Source: Escherichia phage GEP001. From it: a stretch of DNA of 64,000 nucleotides. Positions 1 to 9,200 of this stretch are shown here, one piece after another. The translations under genes and the position numbers were made by a program. The first letter of the stretch is position 1. Each line of letters opens with the position of its first letter. Below the pieces are notes generated by a model. That model was not told the DNA's origin. It made no database searches and was given only the letters and a program-made list of their open reading frames with translations. The stretch lies in the sequence record PV173775. The stretch is one strand, 5' to 3'.

Positions 1-633
1 ATTCGTTACTTGTCTCCGTATAAAGATGCCCTGTGTGTAATTAACAAATTAAAAGAAGATTATAATTTTGTAGCTGTTACAGCATTGGGTGATTCTATTG
101 ACGCTCTGTTGAATCGTCAATTTAATTTGAATGCTCTTTTTCCCGGTGCCTTCTCAGAAGTAATGATGTGTGGTCATGATTCTTCAAAAGAAGAGCTGTT
201 CAAAAAGGCAAAAGAGAAATATAACGTAATTTGTTATATTGACGATCTCGCTCATCACTGCGATCATGCGAGTGAAATATTAAATGTTCCTGTTTATTGG
301 ATGGCTCGAGGAGAGCGTGACAATATTCCAAAAACTGCACAGCGAGTTTATACATGGAATGATGTAGAAAATAAGCTTTTTTCGCCGAAGGAAAATAAAG
401 AAAGTTTTGATAGTGAAAAAGCTATAAAAGATTTAATTGAGAAGATGGTTAAAAACGATTCTTTTCCTTGGAACACTACCTGGAGAACGCCTGGATTTAA
501 TCCTTATAATCATCTATATCATCCATATCAGACACATCCGTTTCAGACATGGAACTATATTAAACCTGGTGGCATAGAGTATTTGTATAATAGACCTACT
601 TGTGGTGATAATATTTTCCAAGGAGCATTCTAA
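1..633 (+). CDS. hypothetical protein, 5'-truncated at window edge (position of T4 30.2)
   Basis: Frame-1 ORF open from nt 1 to stop at 631-633; lies upstream of ligase as the T4 30.x ORFs do; no motif recognised. Confidence 0.5.
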   Translation: MRYLSPYKDALCVINKLKEDYNFVAVTALGDSIDALLNRQFNLNALFPGAFSEVMMCGHDSSKEELFKKAKEKYNVICYIDDLAHHCDHASEILNVPVYWMARGERDNIPKTAQRVYTWNDVENKLFSPKENKESFDSEKAIKDLIEKMVKNDSFPWNTTWRTPGFNPYNHLYHPYQTHPFQTWNYIKPGGIEYLYNRPTCGDNIFQGAF

Positions 634-902
634 TGTTTGTTGTTCACACTATTTATGAAAATGAAGGTAATACTACACGTGATTATGGTCACGTAAATCA
701 ATTTTTTAGATGCAATCCAGAATTCCGAGCTCAAAAAGACGAACGAATTTTTAAAAAATGTGTAGAGCAAGGTTTCATTTACGTCAAGCACTGGATGCAA
801 GGAAATAAAGTTAGAACTACATATCATAAGTCTTTGCCTGAGCTTAATGATGAATTGATTTATAATAGAGCTGTAAATCAAACTCTGAAGGATGAACAAT
901 GA
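633..902 (+). CDS. hypothetical protein, 89 aa (position of T4 30.1)
   Basis: ORF whose stop overlaps the ligase ATG (ATGA junction at 899-902), suggesting translational coupling. Confidence 0.5.
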   Translation: MFVVHTIYENEGNTTRDYGHVNQFFRCNPEFRAQKDERIFKKCVEQGFIYVKHWMQGNKVRTTYHKSLPELNDELIYNRAVNQTLKDEQ

Positions 903-2359
903 TTCTTAAAATTCTGAATGAAATAGCATCTATTGGATCAACTAAGCAGAAGCAAGCAATTCTTGAAAAGAATAAAGATAATGAATTGCTTAAACGAGTA
1001 TATCGTCTGACTTATTCTCGTGGGTTACAGTATTATATCAAGAAATGGCCTAAACCTGGTATTGCTACCCAGAGTTTTGGAATGCTGACTATTACCGATA
1101 TGCTTGACTTCATTGAATTCACGTTAGCTACTCGGAAATTGACTGGAAATGCAGCAATTGAGGAATTAACTGGATATATCACTGACGGTAAAAAGGATGA
1201 TGTTGAAGTTTTACGTCGAGTTATGATGCGAGACCTTGAATGCGGTGCTTCAGTATCTATTGCAAACAAAGTTTGGCCAGGTTTAATTCCTGAACAACCT
1301 CAAATGCTGGCAAGTTCTTATGATGAAAAAGGCATTAGTAAGAATATCAAGTTTCCAGCTTTTGCGCAGTTAAAAGCAGATGGAGCTCGGTGTTTTGCTG
1401 AAGTTAGAGGTGATGAATTAGATGATGTTCGTCTTTTATCACGAGCTGGCAATGAATATCTAGGATTAGATCTTCTTAAGGAAGAGTTAATCAAAATGAC
1501 TGCTGAAGCCCGCCAGATTCATCCAGAAGGTGTGTTAATTGATGGCGAATTGGTATACCATGAGCAAGTTGAAAAGGAACCAGAAGGCCTAGATTTTCTT
1601 TTTGATGCTCCTGAAATCAGTAAAGCTAAAGAGTTTGCCGAAGTAGCTGAATCTCGTACTGCTTCTAATGGAATCGCCAATAAATCTTTAAAGGGAACTA
1701 TTTCAGAAAAAGAAGCCAAATGCATGAAGTTTCAGGTCTGGGATTATGTTCCGTTGGTAGAAATATACGGTCTTCCGGCGTTTCGTTTAAAATATGATGT
1801 ACGTTTTTCTAAACTAGAACAAATGACATCAGGATATGATAAAGTAATTTTAATTGAAAACCAGCTAGTAAATAACCTAGATGAAGCTAAGGTAATTTAT
1901 AAAAAGTATATTGACCAAGGTCTTGAAGGTATTATTCTCAAAAATACCGATGGATTGTGGGAAAATGCTCGTTCAAAAAATCTCTATAAATTTAAAGAAG
2001 TAATTGATGTTGATTTAAAAATTGTAGGAATTTATCCTCACCGTAAAGACCCTACTAAAGCAGGTGGATTTATTCTTGAATCAGAGTGTGGAAAAATTAA
2101 AGTAAATGCAGGTTCAGGCTTAAAAGATAAAGCTGGTGTAAAATCACATGAACTTGACCGTACTCGCATTATGGAAAACCAAAATTATTATATTGGAAAA
2201 ATTCTAGAGTGCGAATGCAACGGTTGGTTAAAATCTGATGGCCGCACTGATTACGTTAAATTATTTCTTCCGATTGCGATTCGTTTACGTGAAGATAAAA
2301 CTAAAGCTAATACATTCGAGGATGTATTTGGTGATTTTCATGAGGTAACTGGTCTATGA
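899..2359 (+). CDS. 30: ATP-dependent DNA ligase (T4 gp30)
   Basis: 486 aa; N-terminus MILKILNEIASIGSTKQKQAILEKNKDNELLKRVYRL matches T4 DNA ligase as recalled; adenylation motif K-A-D-G in FAQLKADGARCF. Confidence 0.95.
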   Translation: MILKILNEIASIGSTKQKQAILEKNKDNELLKRVYRLTYSRGLQYYIKKWPKPGIATQSFGMLTITDMLDFIEFTLATRKLTGNAAIEELTGYITDGKKDDVEVLRRVMMRDLECGASVSIANKVWPGLIPEQPQMLASSYDEKGISKNIKFPAFAQLKADGARCFAEVRGDELDDVRLLSRAGNEYLGLDLLKEELIKMTAEARQIHPEGVLIDGELVYHEQVEKEPEGLDFLFDAPEISKAKEFAEVAESRTASNGIANKSLKGTISEKEAKCMKFQVWDYVPLVEIYGLPAFRLKYDVRFSKLEQMTSGYDKVILIENQLVNNLDEAKVIYKKYIDQGLEGIILKNTDGLWENARSKNLYKFKEVIDVDLKIVGIYPHRKDPTKAGGFILESECGKIKVNAGSGLKDKAGVKSHELDRTRIMENQNYYIGKILECECNGWLKSDGRTDYVKLFLPIAIRLREDKTKANTFEDVFGDFHEVTGL

Positions 2360-2544
2360 AAGCTTACTTAGAAACAATTGTTATAGCTCAAAAAGAAGGT
2401 GGAGATGTTTCTACTTCTGTATCACAAGTCATTCTCGAATTTGTAGATGCATATGCTTATAATAAATTTACAGAAACATTTGATGCCTATGAAAAAGGGC
2501 CAAAGTTTGAAATATATCGTACTCTCTTACCATTAGATTATTAA
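2356..2544 (+). CDS. small hypothetical protein, 62 aa
   Basis: ORF overlapping ligase stop (ATGA), followed by hairpin terminator at 2543-2560; no homology recognised. Confidence 0.35.
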   Translation: MKAYLETIVIAQKEGGDVSTSVSQVILEFVDAYAYNKFTETFDAYEKGPKFEIYRTLLPLDY

Positions 2545-2560
2545 AGGCCTTCGGGCCTTT
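2543..2560 (+). terminator. hairpin terminator after ligase-region ORF
   Basis: AAAGGCC-TTCG-GGCCTTT then AATTTT. Confidence 0.5.
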
Positions 2561-2565
2561 AATTT

Positions 2566-2573
2566 TATAAATA
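2566..2573 (+). promoter_or_regulatory. T4-type late promoter TATAAATA upstream of alt copy 1
   Basis: Exact TATAAATA about 20 nt upstream of the ATG. Confidence 0.6.
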
Positions 2574-2593
2574 GAATAAACACTAGAGAGGAT

Positions 2594-4690
2594 ATGATGG
2601 AACTCATTACAGAATTATTTGACGAAGATACTACTCTTCCGATTACAAACTTAAATCCAAAGAAGAAAATACCGCAAATTTTTTCAGTTCATGTTGATGA
2701 CGCAATTGAACAACCAGGCTTTCGTTTATGTACCTATACATCTGGAGGTGATACTAACCGTGATTTAAAGATGGGCGATAAAATGATGCATATTGTTCCT
2801 TTTACATTAACTGCTAAAGGTTCAATTGCTAAATTAAAAGGTCTCGGTCCAAGCCCAATTAATTACATCAATTCAGTTTTTACTGTTGCAATGCAGACGA
2901 TGCGCCAGTATAAAATTGATGCCTGTATGCTTCGTATTCTTAAGTCTAAAACTGCTGGTCAAGCTCGACAAATTCAAGTTATTGCTGATAGACTTATCCG
3001 TAGTCGTTCAGGCGGCAGATACGTCCTTCTTAAGGAACTCTGGGATTACGATAAAAAGTATGCATATATTCTTATACATCGCAAAAATGTATCACTAGAA
3101 GACATTCCAGGAGTTCCAGAAATTAGTACCGAGCTCTTTACTAAAGTTGAATCGAAGGTCGGCGATGTTTATATCAATAAAGATACTGGAGCTCAAGTAA
3201 CTAAAAATGAGGCAATTGCAGCATCTATTGCGCAAGAAAATGATAAACGTTCTGACCAAGCTGTAATCGTTAAAGTTAAAATTTCCCGTAGAGCAATTGC
3301 ACAAAGTCAGTCATTGGAATCTTCTAGATTTGAAAGTGAATTATTCCAGAAATATGAATCTACCGCAGCTAATTTCAATAAACCTGCTACAGCTCCTTTA
3401 ATTCCCGAAGCAGAAGAAATGAAGCTTGGAATTAATTCATTAGCTTCTAAAACTAAGGCAGCAAAAATTATTGCCGAAGGAACCGCAGATGAACTTCACT
3501 ATGACTATAAATTCTTTTCAAAAAGTGATGTTAATGAAGTTTCTGAAAAAATTAAAGATGTAATTCTTAATGCGATTAAAAATGAACCAACTACTTCAAT
3601 AAAATGTTTAGAGAAGTATGCAGCAGCTATTAATAAATTCTTTGAAGAATATAAAGATACTTGGCTTGATAAACATAATAAAACTCGTAAAGGGCAGCCA
3701 GATGAAGTCTGGGAAGAAATAACTAAAAATTCCTGGAACGCAGCAAAAACTAAATTCCTCAAACGAATGATTTATAGCTTTTCTGGAATTGGTGCAGGTC
3801 CAATGATTGATATTACTATTGCCCGTGATGGTTCTAAATATACTCCATCACAAAAGCGCGGCATTAGAGAGTATTGTGGTTCAGGATATACTGACATCAA
3901 TAATCTTCTTTTGGGTCGTTACAATCCAGAACGATATGATGTAATGAGTGAAAAAGAAATTGAATCTGCGATAAATAATTTAGATTCAGCTTTTGAAAAT
4001 GGTGACCGTATACCAGAAGGCATTACAGTTTATCGTGCTCAAAGTATGACTGCTCCTATATACGAAGCGCTAGTTAAAAATAAAGTGTTCTATTTCAGAA
4101 ATTTTGTATCTACTTCTTTAACTCCTATCATTTTTGGACGTTTTGGAATTACACATGCTGGTATCGGTCTTTTAGAACCAGAAGCTCGTAATGAATTAAC
4201 AGTTGATAAAAATGAAGAAGGAATAACTATTAATCCAAACGAAATAAGAGCGTATAAAGAAAATCCTGAATACGTTAAAGTTCAAATAGGATGGGCAATT
4301 GATGGAGCTCATAAAGTTAATGTTGTATATCCAGGAAGTCTCGGAATAGCAACAGAAGCTGAAGTAATTCTACCACGCGGATTGATGGTCAAAGTTAATA
4401 AAATAACTGATGCTTCTAATAATGACGGAACAACATCTAATAATACAAAACTCATTCAAGCTGAAGTTATGACTACGGAAGAACTCACCGAATCAGTCAT
4501 TTATGACGGTGACCGTCTAATGGAAACCGGCGAAGTAGTTGCAATGACAGGTGATATTGAAATAGAAGACAGAGTTGACTTTGCATCATTTGTTTCATCA
4601 AATGTTAAACAGAAAGCAGAATCATCTCTCGGAATTATTGCGTCTTGCATAGATATTACAAACATGCCTTACAAGTTCGTTCAAGGATAA
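2594..4690 (+). CDS. alt: Alt-like NAD-protein ADP-ribosyltransferase, copy 1 (capsid-packaged)
   Basis: 698 aa; N-terminus MELITELFDEDTTLPITNL resembles T4 Alt; C-terminal R / S-T-S / E-x-E ART motifs (TVYRAQ, FVSTSL, EAEVILPRG); late promoter TATAAATA at 2566-2573; true start may be the second Met (2597). Confidence 0.85.
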   Translation: MMELITELFDEDTTLPITNLNPKKKIPQIFSVHVDDAIEQPGFRLCTYTSGGDTNRDLKMGDKMMHIVPFTLTAKGSIAKLKGLGPSPINYINSVFTVAMQTMRQYKIDACMLRILKSKTAGQARQIQVIADRLIRSRSGGRYVLLKELWDYDKKYAYILIHRKNVSLEDIPGVPEISTELFTKVESKVGDVYINKDTGAQVTKNEAIAASIAQENDKRSDQAVIVKVKISRRAIAQSQSLESSRFESELFQKYESTAANFNKPATAPLIPEAEEMKLGINSLASKTKAAKIIAEGTADELHYDYKFFSKSDVNEVSEKIKDVILNAIKNEPTTSIKCLEKYAAAINKFFEEYKDTWLDKHNKTRKGQPDEVWEEITKNSWNAAKTKFLKRMIYSFSGIGAGPMIDITIARDGSKYTPSQKRGIREYCGSGYTDINNLLLGRYNPERYDVMSEKEIESAINNLDSAFENGDRIPEGITVYRAQSMTAPIYEALVKNKVFYFRNFVSTSLTPIIFGRFGITHAGIGLLEPEARNELTVDKNEEGITINPNEIRAYKENPEYVKVQIGWAIDGAHKVNVVYPGSLGIATEAEVILPRGLMVKVNKITDASNNDGTTSNNTKLIQAEVMTTEELTESVIYDGDRLMETGEVVAMTGDIEIEDRVDFASFVSSNVKQKAESSLGIIASCIDITNMPYKFVQG

Positions 4691-4693
4691 ATC

Positions 4694-6751
4694 ATGGAAC
4701 TTATTACAGAATTATTTGACGGCGCTTCGGCGCCGGTTGTTAACTTAAATCCTAAGCATAAAATACCTCAAATTTTTGCTATTCAAGCCGGTGAAGAAAG
4801 CGTGCTTCCTGGATTTAGATTTTGTACATACACCTCTGGCGGTGATACAAATAAAAACGTTAAGCCAGGCGATAAAATGATGCATATCGTAATGATAGGT
4901 GTTAATGAGAAACTATCATTAGTTAAACTTAAAAACTTAGGTGGAAATCCAATTGGTGTCATTAATGCGGTTTTTGATACTGCTCTTCAGACAATGAAAC
5001 AGTACAAAATTGACGCATGCTTATTCCGCGTACTAAAGAGTAAAACAAATGGCGCAGCTCGACAAATTCAAGTTATTGCTGACCGTTTAGTACGTACTAA
5101 AGGAGCAGGTCGATATGTTCTTTTAAAAGAAATCTGGGATTACGATAAAAAGTACGCATATATTATGGTTTACCGTAAAAATGCTAATTTAGAAGACATT
5201 CCAGGTGTACCTCCTATTTCAACTGAGTTATTCACAAAAGTTGAATCAAAGGTTGGTGATGTTTATGTAGATGTTAAAACAGGTAATGCTGTTCCTAAAG
5301 CTGTTGCTGTTGCTGCTTCTATTGCTTTAGAAAATGATAAGCGCACGGATCAAGCTGTTATTCAGAAAACTAAAATTAGTCGTCGATTAGCAGCACAAGC
5401 TCAATACTCTACTGTCGATGCTTCACTTCAGGGTGATAGCTTCGCTGCTAAGAAATATCAAGAGTTTGAATCTAAAGTTCCGGTATATAAAGCAGAAGGA
5501 CCAATGAACTCCGGCGTTATTCAGGTTGGTTCAAACTTCAGCAAAGGAGCTATCGGTGGTATGAGAAGTGCTTCTCGTTTTAAATCTAATGATTATGAAC
5601 TAGAAAGCTTCCGAAATCATATTGCATTGGCTCATGCACGTTTACGTGATCCATCTATCAAGTTACAGAGCGATATAACATATCAAGGTTCTCAAGAATA
5701 TTTAAAGAATAAAGAATTTTTTGATTATAAAACTGATAAAATTTTAAGCGATCTTGCTGACATTAATATTTCTAATAGCTTTGATGTTATTAAGAAAATT
5801 GTCAATGATTTAGTTAAAGGTTCTAAAGCCACACCAGATGAAAAGGTAGCTATTGTTCAATTTGTCATGAATGGCATTTATAAATTGATTAATGAGTCTG
5901 CTTCTCAAGCGTATGAATATGCAAGTACTGAAGTACCCCCAAAAGGATTAACTCAAGCTGAGTCTGATGTAATTGAAGATTATTGCGCAGATTCATATGT
6001 TGAAATGAACTCGTTCCTTTTAGGTAAACCAGATTCTACTCGTGAAGAATATATGGAACGAGCTATTAAACACATCGAGACAATGGATTCTGCTTTTGCC
6101 AAAGGATCAGTTCTTCCTCCAGGAACTACGCTTTACCGTGGCCAAGAAGTTACCTTTAAAACTTTACGTCATAATATTGAAAATAAAATGTTCTATTTTA
6201 AGAACTTCGTATCCACATCGCTTAAACCAAATATCTTCGGTGAGTATGGTAAAAACTATATGGCCCTAGATGATTCCGGCACAGTATTTTCTGGTGAAGG
6301 AGAAGGTTCAGTTGATGCTGAAGATTTGATGCATATGGGCAGTCATTCTGCGTATGCCAATGAAGATGCTGAAACTAGCGTTGGTATGGTAATTAAAGGA
6401 GCTGAGCGAATCAAAGTTATCGTTCCAGGTCATTTATCAGGATTTCCATCAGAAGCTGAAGTTATTTTACCGCGTGGAATTTTGCTGAAGATTAATAAAG
6501 TGAGTACGTACATGATGAAAGAAACTGCTTATAACAAGTATCTAATCGAAGGCACAATCGTTCCTCCTTCTGAACAATTAGAAGAATCGGTATATGATGG
6601 TGACCATCTGATGGAAACTGGTGAAGTTCGTCCAATGACTGGATTTAACCAATTCCTTGTAGAAGAATCAAAAGAAGAGGAAAACGAAGTTTCTCAAATC
6701 TTGGCTTCTTTGGTTAACATCAACGGAATGTCTAAAAAGTTCAAGATGTAG
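4694..6751 (+). CDS. Alt-like ADP-ribosyltransferase, copy 2 (tandem paralog)
   Basis: 685 aa; N-terminal ~230 aa clearly homologous to copy 1 (MELITELFD..., GFRFCTYTSGGDTN, KMMHIV, QYKIDAC, RQIQVIADRL); middle region diverged; ART motifs retained (TLYRGQ, FVSTSL, SEAEVILPRG). Confidence 0.8.
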   Translation: MELITELFDGASAPVVNLNPKHKIPQIFAIQAGEESVLPGFRFCTYTSGGDTNKNVKPGDKMMHIVMIGVNEKLSLVKLKNLGGNPIGVINAVFDTALQTMKQYKIDACLFRVLKSKTNGAARQIQVIADRLVRTKGAGRYVLLKEIWDYDKKYAYIMVYRKNANLEDIPGVPPISTELFTKVESKVGDVYVDVKTGNAVPKAVAVAASIALENDKRTDQAVIQKTKISRRLAAQAQYSTVDASLQGDSFAAKKYQEFESKVPVYKAEGPMNSGVIQVGSNFSKGAIGGMRSASRFKSNDYELESFRNHIALAHARLRDPSIKLQSDITYQGSQEYLKNKEFFDYKTDKILSDLADINISNSFDVIKKIVNDLVKGSKATPDEKVAIVQFVMNGIYKLINESASQAYEYASTEVPPKGLTQAESDVIEDYCADSYVEMNSFLLGKPDSTREEYMERAIKHIETMDSAFAKGSVLPPGTTLYRGQEVTFKTLRHNIENKMFYFKNFVSTSLKPNIFGEYGKNYMALDDSGTVFSGEGEGSVDAEDLMHMGSHSAYANEDAETSVGMVIKGAERIKVIVPGHLSGFPSEAEVILPRGILLKINKVSTYMMKETAYNKYLIEGTIVPPSEQLEESVYDGDHLMETGEVRPMTGFNQFLVEESKEEENEVSQILASLVNINGMSKKFKM

Positions 6752-6780
6752 TTTACAAGTCCCTCGTGTTGTGTTATAGT
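6752..6780 (+). promoter_or_regulatory. sigma70-type early promoter for the 96-aa ORF
   Basis: -35 TTTACA (6752-6757), 17 nt spacer, -10 TATAGT (6775-6780). Confidence 0.55.
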
Positions 6781-6811
6781 AATTTTACTTACATAACATG
6801 AGGAACACAAA

Positions 6812-7102
6812 ATGAAATCTTCTTTGCGCTTTTTAGGTCAAGAACTTGTAGTTGAAGGCGTTATTCCTGCTGATAATGCTTTTAATGAAGCAGTTTATGA
6901 TGAATTTATCAAAATTTTTGGAACAGATAAAAAGTTTGGAATTTTTCCTTCTGAAAATTTTTCAAAGCCACAGCAGACTGAAAGCATTTTCCAAGGTGTA
7001 GTAACAGGTAAATTTGAGTCAGAAGCTCCGGTAAAAATTGAAGTTTATATTGAAGACAGTTTAGTTGCTTCAGTTGCTGCTTTTATTTCATTCCGTAAAT
7101 AA
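6812..7102 (+). CDS. hypothetical protein, 96 aa (early-gene cassette)
   Basis: ORF with SD GAGGA, preceded by sigma70-like early promoter (6752-6780) and followed by hairpin 7107-7128. Confidence 0.5.
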   Translation: MKSSLRFLGQELVVEGVIPADNAFNEAVYDEFIKIFGTDKKFGIFPSENFSKPQQTESIFQGVVTGKFESEAPVKIEVYIEDSLVASVAAFISFRK

Positions 7103-7106
7103 AAAT

Positions 7107-7128
7107 ATGGGGACCGAAAGGTCCCCAT
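7107..7128. terminator. bidirectional hairpin terminator between the 96-aa ORF and gene 54
   Basis: ATGGGGACC-GAAA-GGTCCCCAT flanked by A-run upstream and T-run downstream. Confidence 0.65.
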
Positions 7129-7132
7129 TGTT

Positions 7133-8098
7133 TTATATTGCTCCTAATATTTTACTTTGCGAGTTGACAATTCCCGTCATAGTATTAATGTTTGAAATGC
7201 TTCCAGCAGTTCCTCCTAATCTACTAAGTCGTGAAAGCGAATTAGATAGTCCAGTAACGCCTCCGCTATTTCCGAGAACGCTTTGAATGCCATTTATAGC
7301 AGCAGATTCAAGCCACTCAAGCGCAGCTTGTCTATCAACTGCTCCAGCCTGCATAACTCTATACGCAAAAGTAACATCAAATGTAGTTATTTGGTTATCT
7401 CCATCATATGATAACTCAGGAGCGCTCACTGACACTGGAATGCATCCGGTGAACATCACTGCAGTATGAGGTAATCCATTACGAGCATGAAGATTAACTT
7501 GAATATCTGCCTCGACATCTTGTGGTAAAGCACGCAGTCCAGTTACTGGGTCTTGAACAGAGTTAACCCAGTCTTGCATTGCACGATAGTTACATGCTTC
7601 TGAATCCATTCTAAATGAAATAACCAAAGGGTCTAATTCTCTCCCAGTTATACGAATATTAGGAGAATTATAGTTCCAGTCAGTTTCATAGGATAATCTA
7701 TTCTCTGGCATTTTTACAGAATATATCATCAATCCAGATGAGTTATATGCCATGTTAAAGAAGTCAATTAAATATGTACCAACTGTAAATGAGCCCAATA
7801 AACTTTGAACTGTACGTTGACTCATGGCACCAATAAGATATTTACTAACCCCTGATTTTCTTATCAGTTTTTGTGTGCCAGCTGTAATTAGCGTGGTAAT
7901 TCCCTGATTAATATCGCCTTGAGTCAATCCTAACCAATCTGAATTTAGACCCAAGTTATTATAAGAAAAGTTGCTAATTGAACTTATCAACGAAGAGCTT
8001 TTAGTTGATGGAGTTGTCGCAAAAACGCAGCTAAACATATTATTACGTTGGAAATCTGCGTTTATTGCTTGATTATTAAATTCCTCTAAAGAATACAT
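7133..8098 (-). CDS. 54: baseplate tail-tube initiator (T4 gp54)
   Basis: 321 aa, length and position match T4 gp54 between alt region and gene 48. Confidence 0.85.
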   Translation of the reverse strand: MYSLEEFNNQAINADFQRNNMFSCVFATTPSTKSSSLISSISNFSYNNLGLNSDWLGLTQGDINQGITTLITAGTQKLIRKSGVSKYLIGAMSQRTVQSLLGSFTVGTYLIDFFNMAYNSSGLMIYSVKMPENRLSYETDWNYNSPNIRITGRELDPLVISFRMDSEACNYRAMQDWVNSVQDPVTGLRALPQDVEADIQVNLHARNGLPHTAVMFTGCIPVSVSAPELSYDGDNQITTFDVTFAYRVMQAGAVDRQAALEWLESAAINGIQSVLGNSGGVTGLSNSLSRLSRLGGTAGSISNINTMTGIVNSQSKILGAI

Positions 8099-9192
8099 TA
8101 AAAAGTCCCCGCATATAAAGAAGCACGGTTTAACGTGATAATTTCTCTCATAGTAATCTCAAGAGTAAATGTACTAGGGAGGTTTGGAGCAATAGCTAAT
8201 CCGTTAAAGTTACCATTAGGTGTTTTATCAAATCTGATGCTCTGTATTTGGCATGGGCCAAATATTTCCGTTTTTCCATCAAACTTAGATGTTGCACCAA
8301 AGTTTTTCACCATCCAAATTGTCGGGTTTGAAACTACTAGAACGTTAGTTAAACTCGATGTCATTTTCTCAAATAGTGTTTTATTTTTAGCTGCGTCTTC
8401 CGGAGATAAAGGTTCAATTAACGTAGAACGATACCAATCATCTAAATACCCCTTTATTTCAGCAGCATATTGAGATTTGCCAGTTTCACCATAAGAAAAA
8501 TAGTTAAAATATTGATAGATATTAATAATAGCCATCAAATCTTCTGTTGAACGTGGAGTCAAATCCCATGTAAACACTTTAGTTCTATTCTCAGCACCAC
8601 CATACATACTTCTGGCTGTCGTATAAATCTGTTCATTATTATCAGCCATTATACCTTGTGTTATACTTTCCAGTGCCCCAAATACTGCAGTTGAAGCAAT
8701 ATTACTTAGCACACCAGTAGCAGTACCTCCGCCTCTGCTGATAAGACTTTCTTGAACATCATTAAATCTATGTGATGATGTATCAACATCAGATTTAGAT
8801 CTCGGTAAAAGAATGTTTGCGACAGGGGCTTTACTTATTGTTCCTGAATTATTATCTGATATTAATCCATTTGACAGTTTTGATACTGTATTACTGATAG
8901 TGTTTCTGGCTGTACGTAAAATACTCGAAGATGAAGAAGAGTAGTTAGATCTCATCGATCTAAGACTTCCAGAATCCCTAGATGACATATTGTATGCAGT
9001 AAATAATAATCCATTCTTATATAGATCTGTTACCTGGAAGTCCCCTGTAGTGTCATTACCACTAGCACGCCCAGTTGGAAACTGGGCAGTGTATGTTTTA
9101 GTTGCTACTTCTGATTTAGTACTCTGTCCGGCTGAAATTTTCTCACCGGACTTTTTAATTAAATCAGCAGTTATTTCTTTAACAATTGCCAT
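8098..9192 (-). CDS. 48: baseplate tail-tube cap (T4 gp48)
   Basis: 364 aa, same as T4 gp48; synteny 54-48-29. Confidence 0.85.
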   Translation of the reverse strand: MAIVKEITADLIKKSGEKISAGQSTKSEVATKTYTAQFPTGRASGNDTTGDFQVTDLYKNGLLFTAYNMSSRDSGSLRSMRSNYSSSSSSILRTARNTISNTVSKLSNGLISDNNSGTISKAPVANILLPRSKSDVDTSSHRFNDVQESLISRGGGTATGVLSNIASTAVFGALESITQGIMADNNEQIYTTARSMYGGAENRTKVFTWDLTPRSTEDLMAIINIYQYFNYFSYGETGKSQYAAEIKGYLDDWYRSTLIEPLSPEDAAKNKTLFEKMTSSLTNVLVVSNPTIWMVKNFGATSKFDGKTEIFGPCQIQSIRFDKTPNGNFNGLAIAPNLPSTFTLEITMREIITLNRASLYAGTF

Positions 9193-9200
9193 ATTATTCC

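Noticed and set aside
842-866. Possible MotA-type middle promoter upstream of ligase (GCTTAA ... TATAAT)
   Set aside because: The upstream element lacks the TG of the MotA box consensus; too degenerate to call from sequence alone.
1033-1725. Minus-strand ORFs of 78 and 68 aa inside the DNA ligase gene
   Set aside because: Fully embedded antisense to a well-supported gene; no promoter or SD; typical spurious ORFs in AT-rich DNA.
8135-8473. 112-aa plus-strand ORF within gene 48, and similar embedded ORFs throughout the late block (for example 16361-16622, 21042-21556, 23339-23737, 39683-39904, 42762-42992)
   Set aside because: All lie wholly inside longer, syntenic, length-matched T4 homologues on the opposite strand; treated as non-coding.
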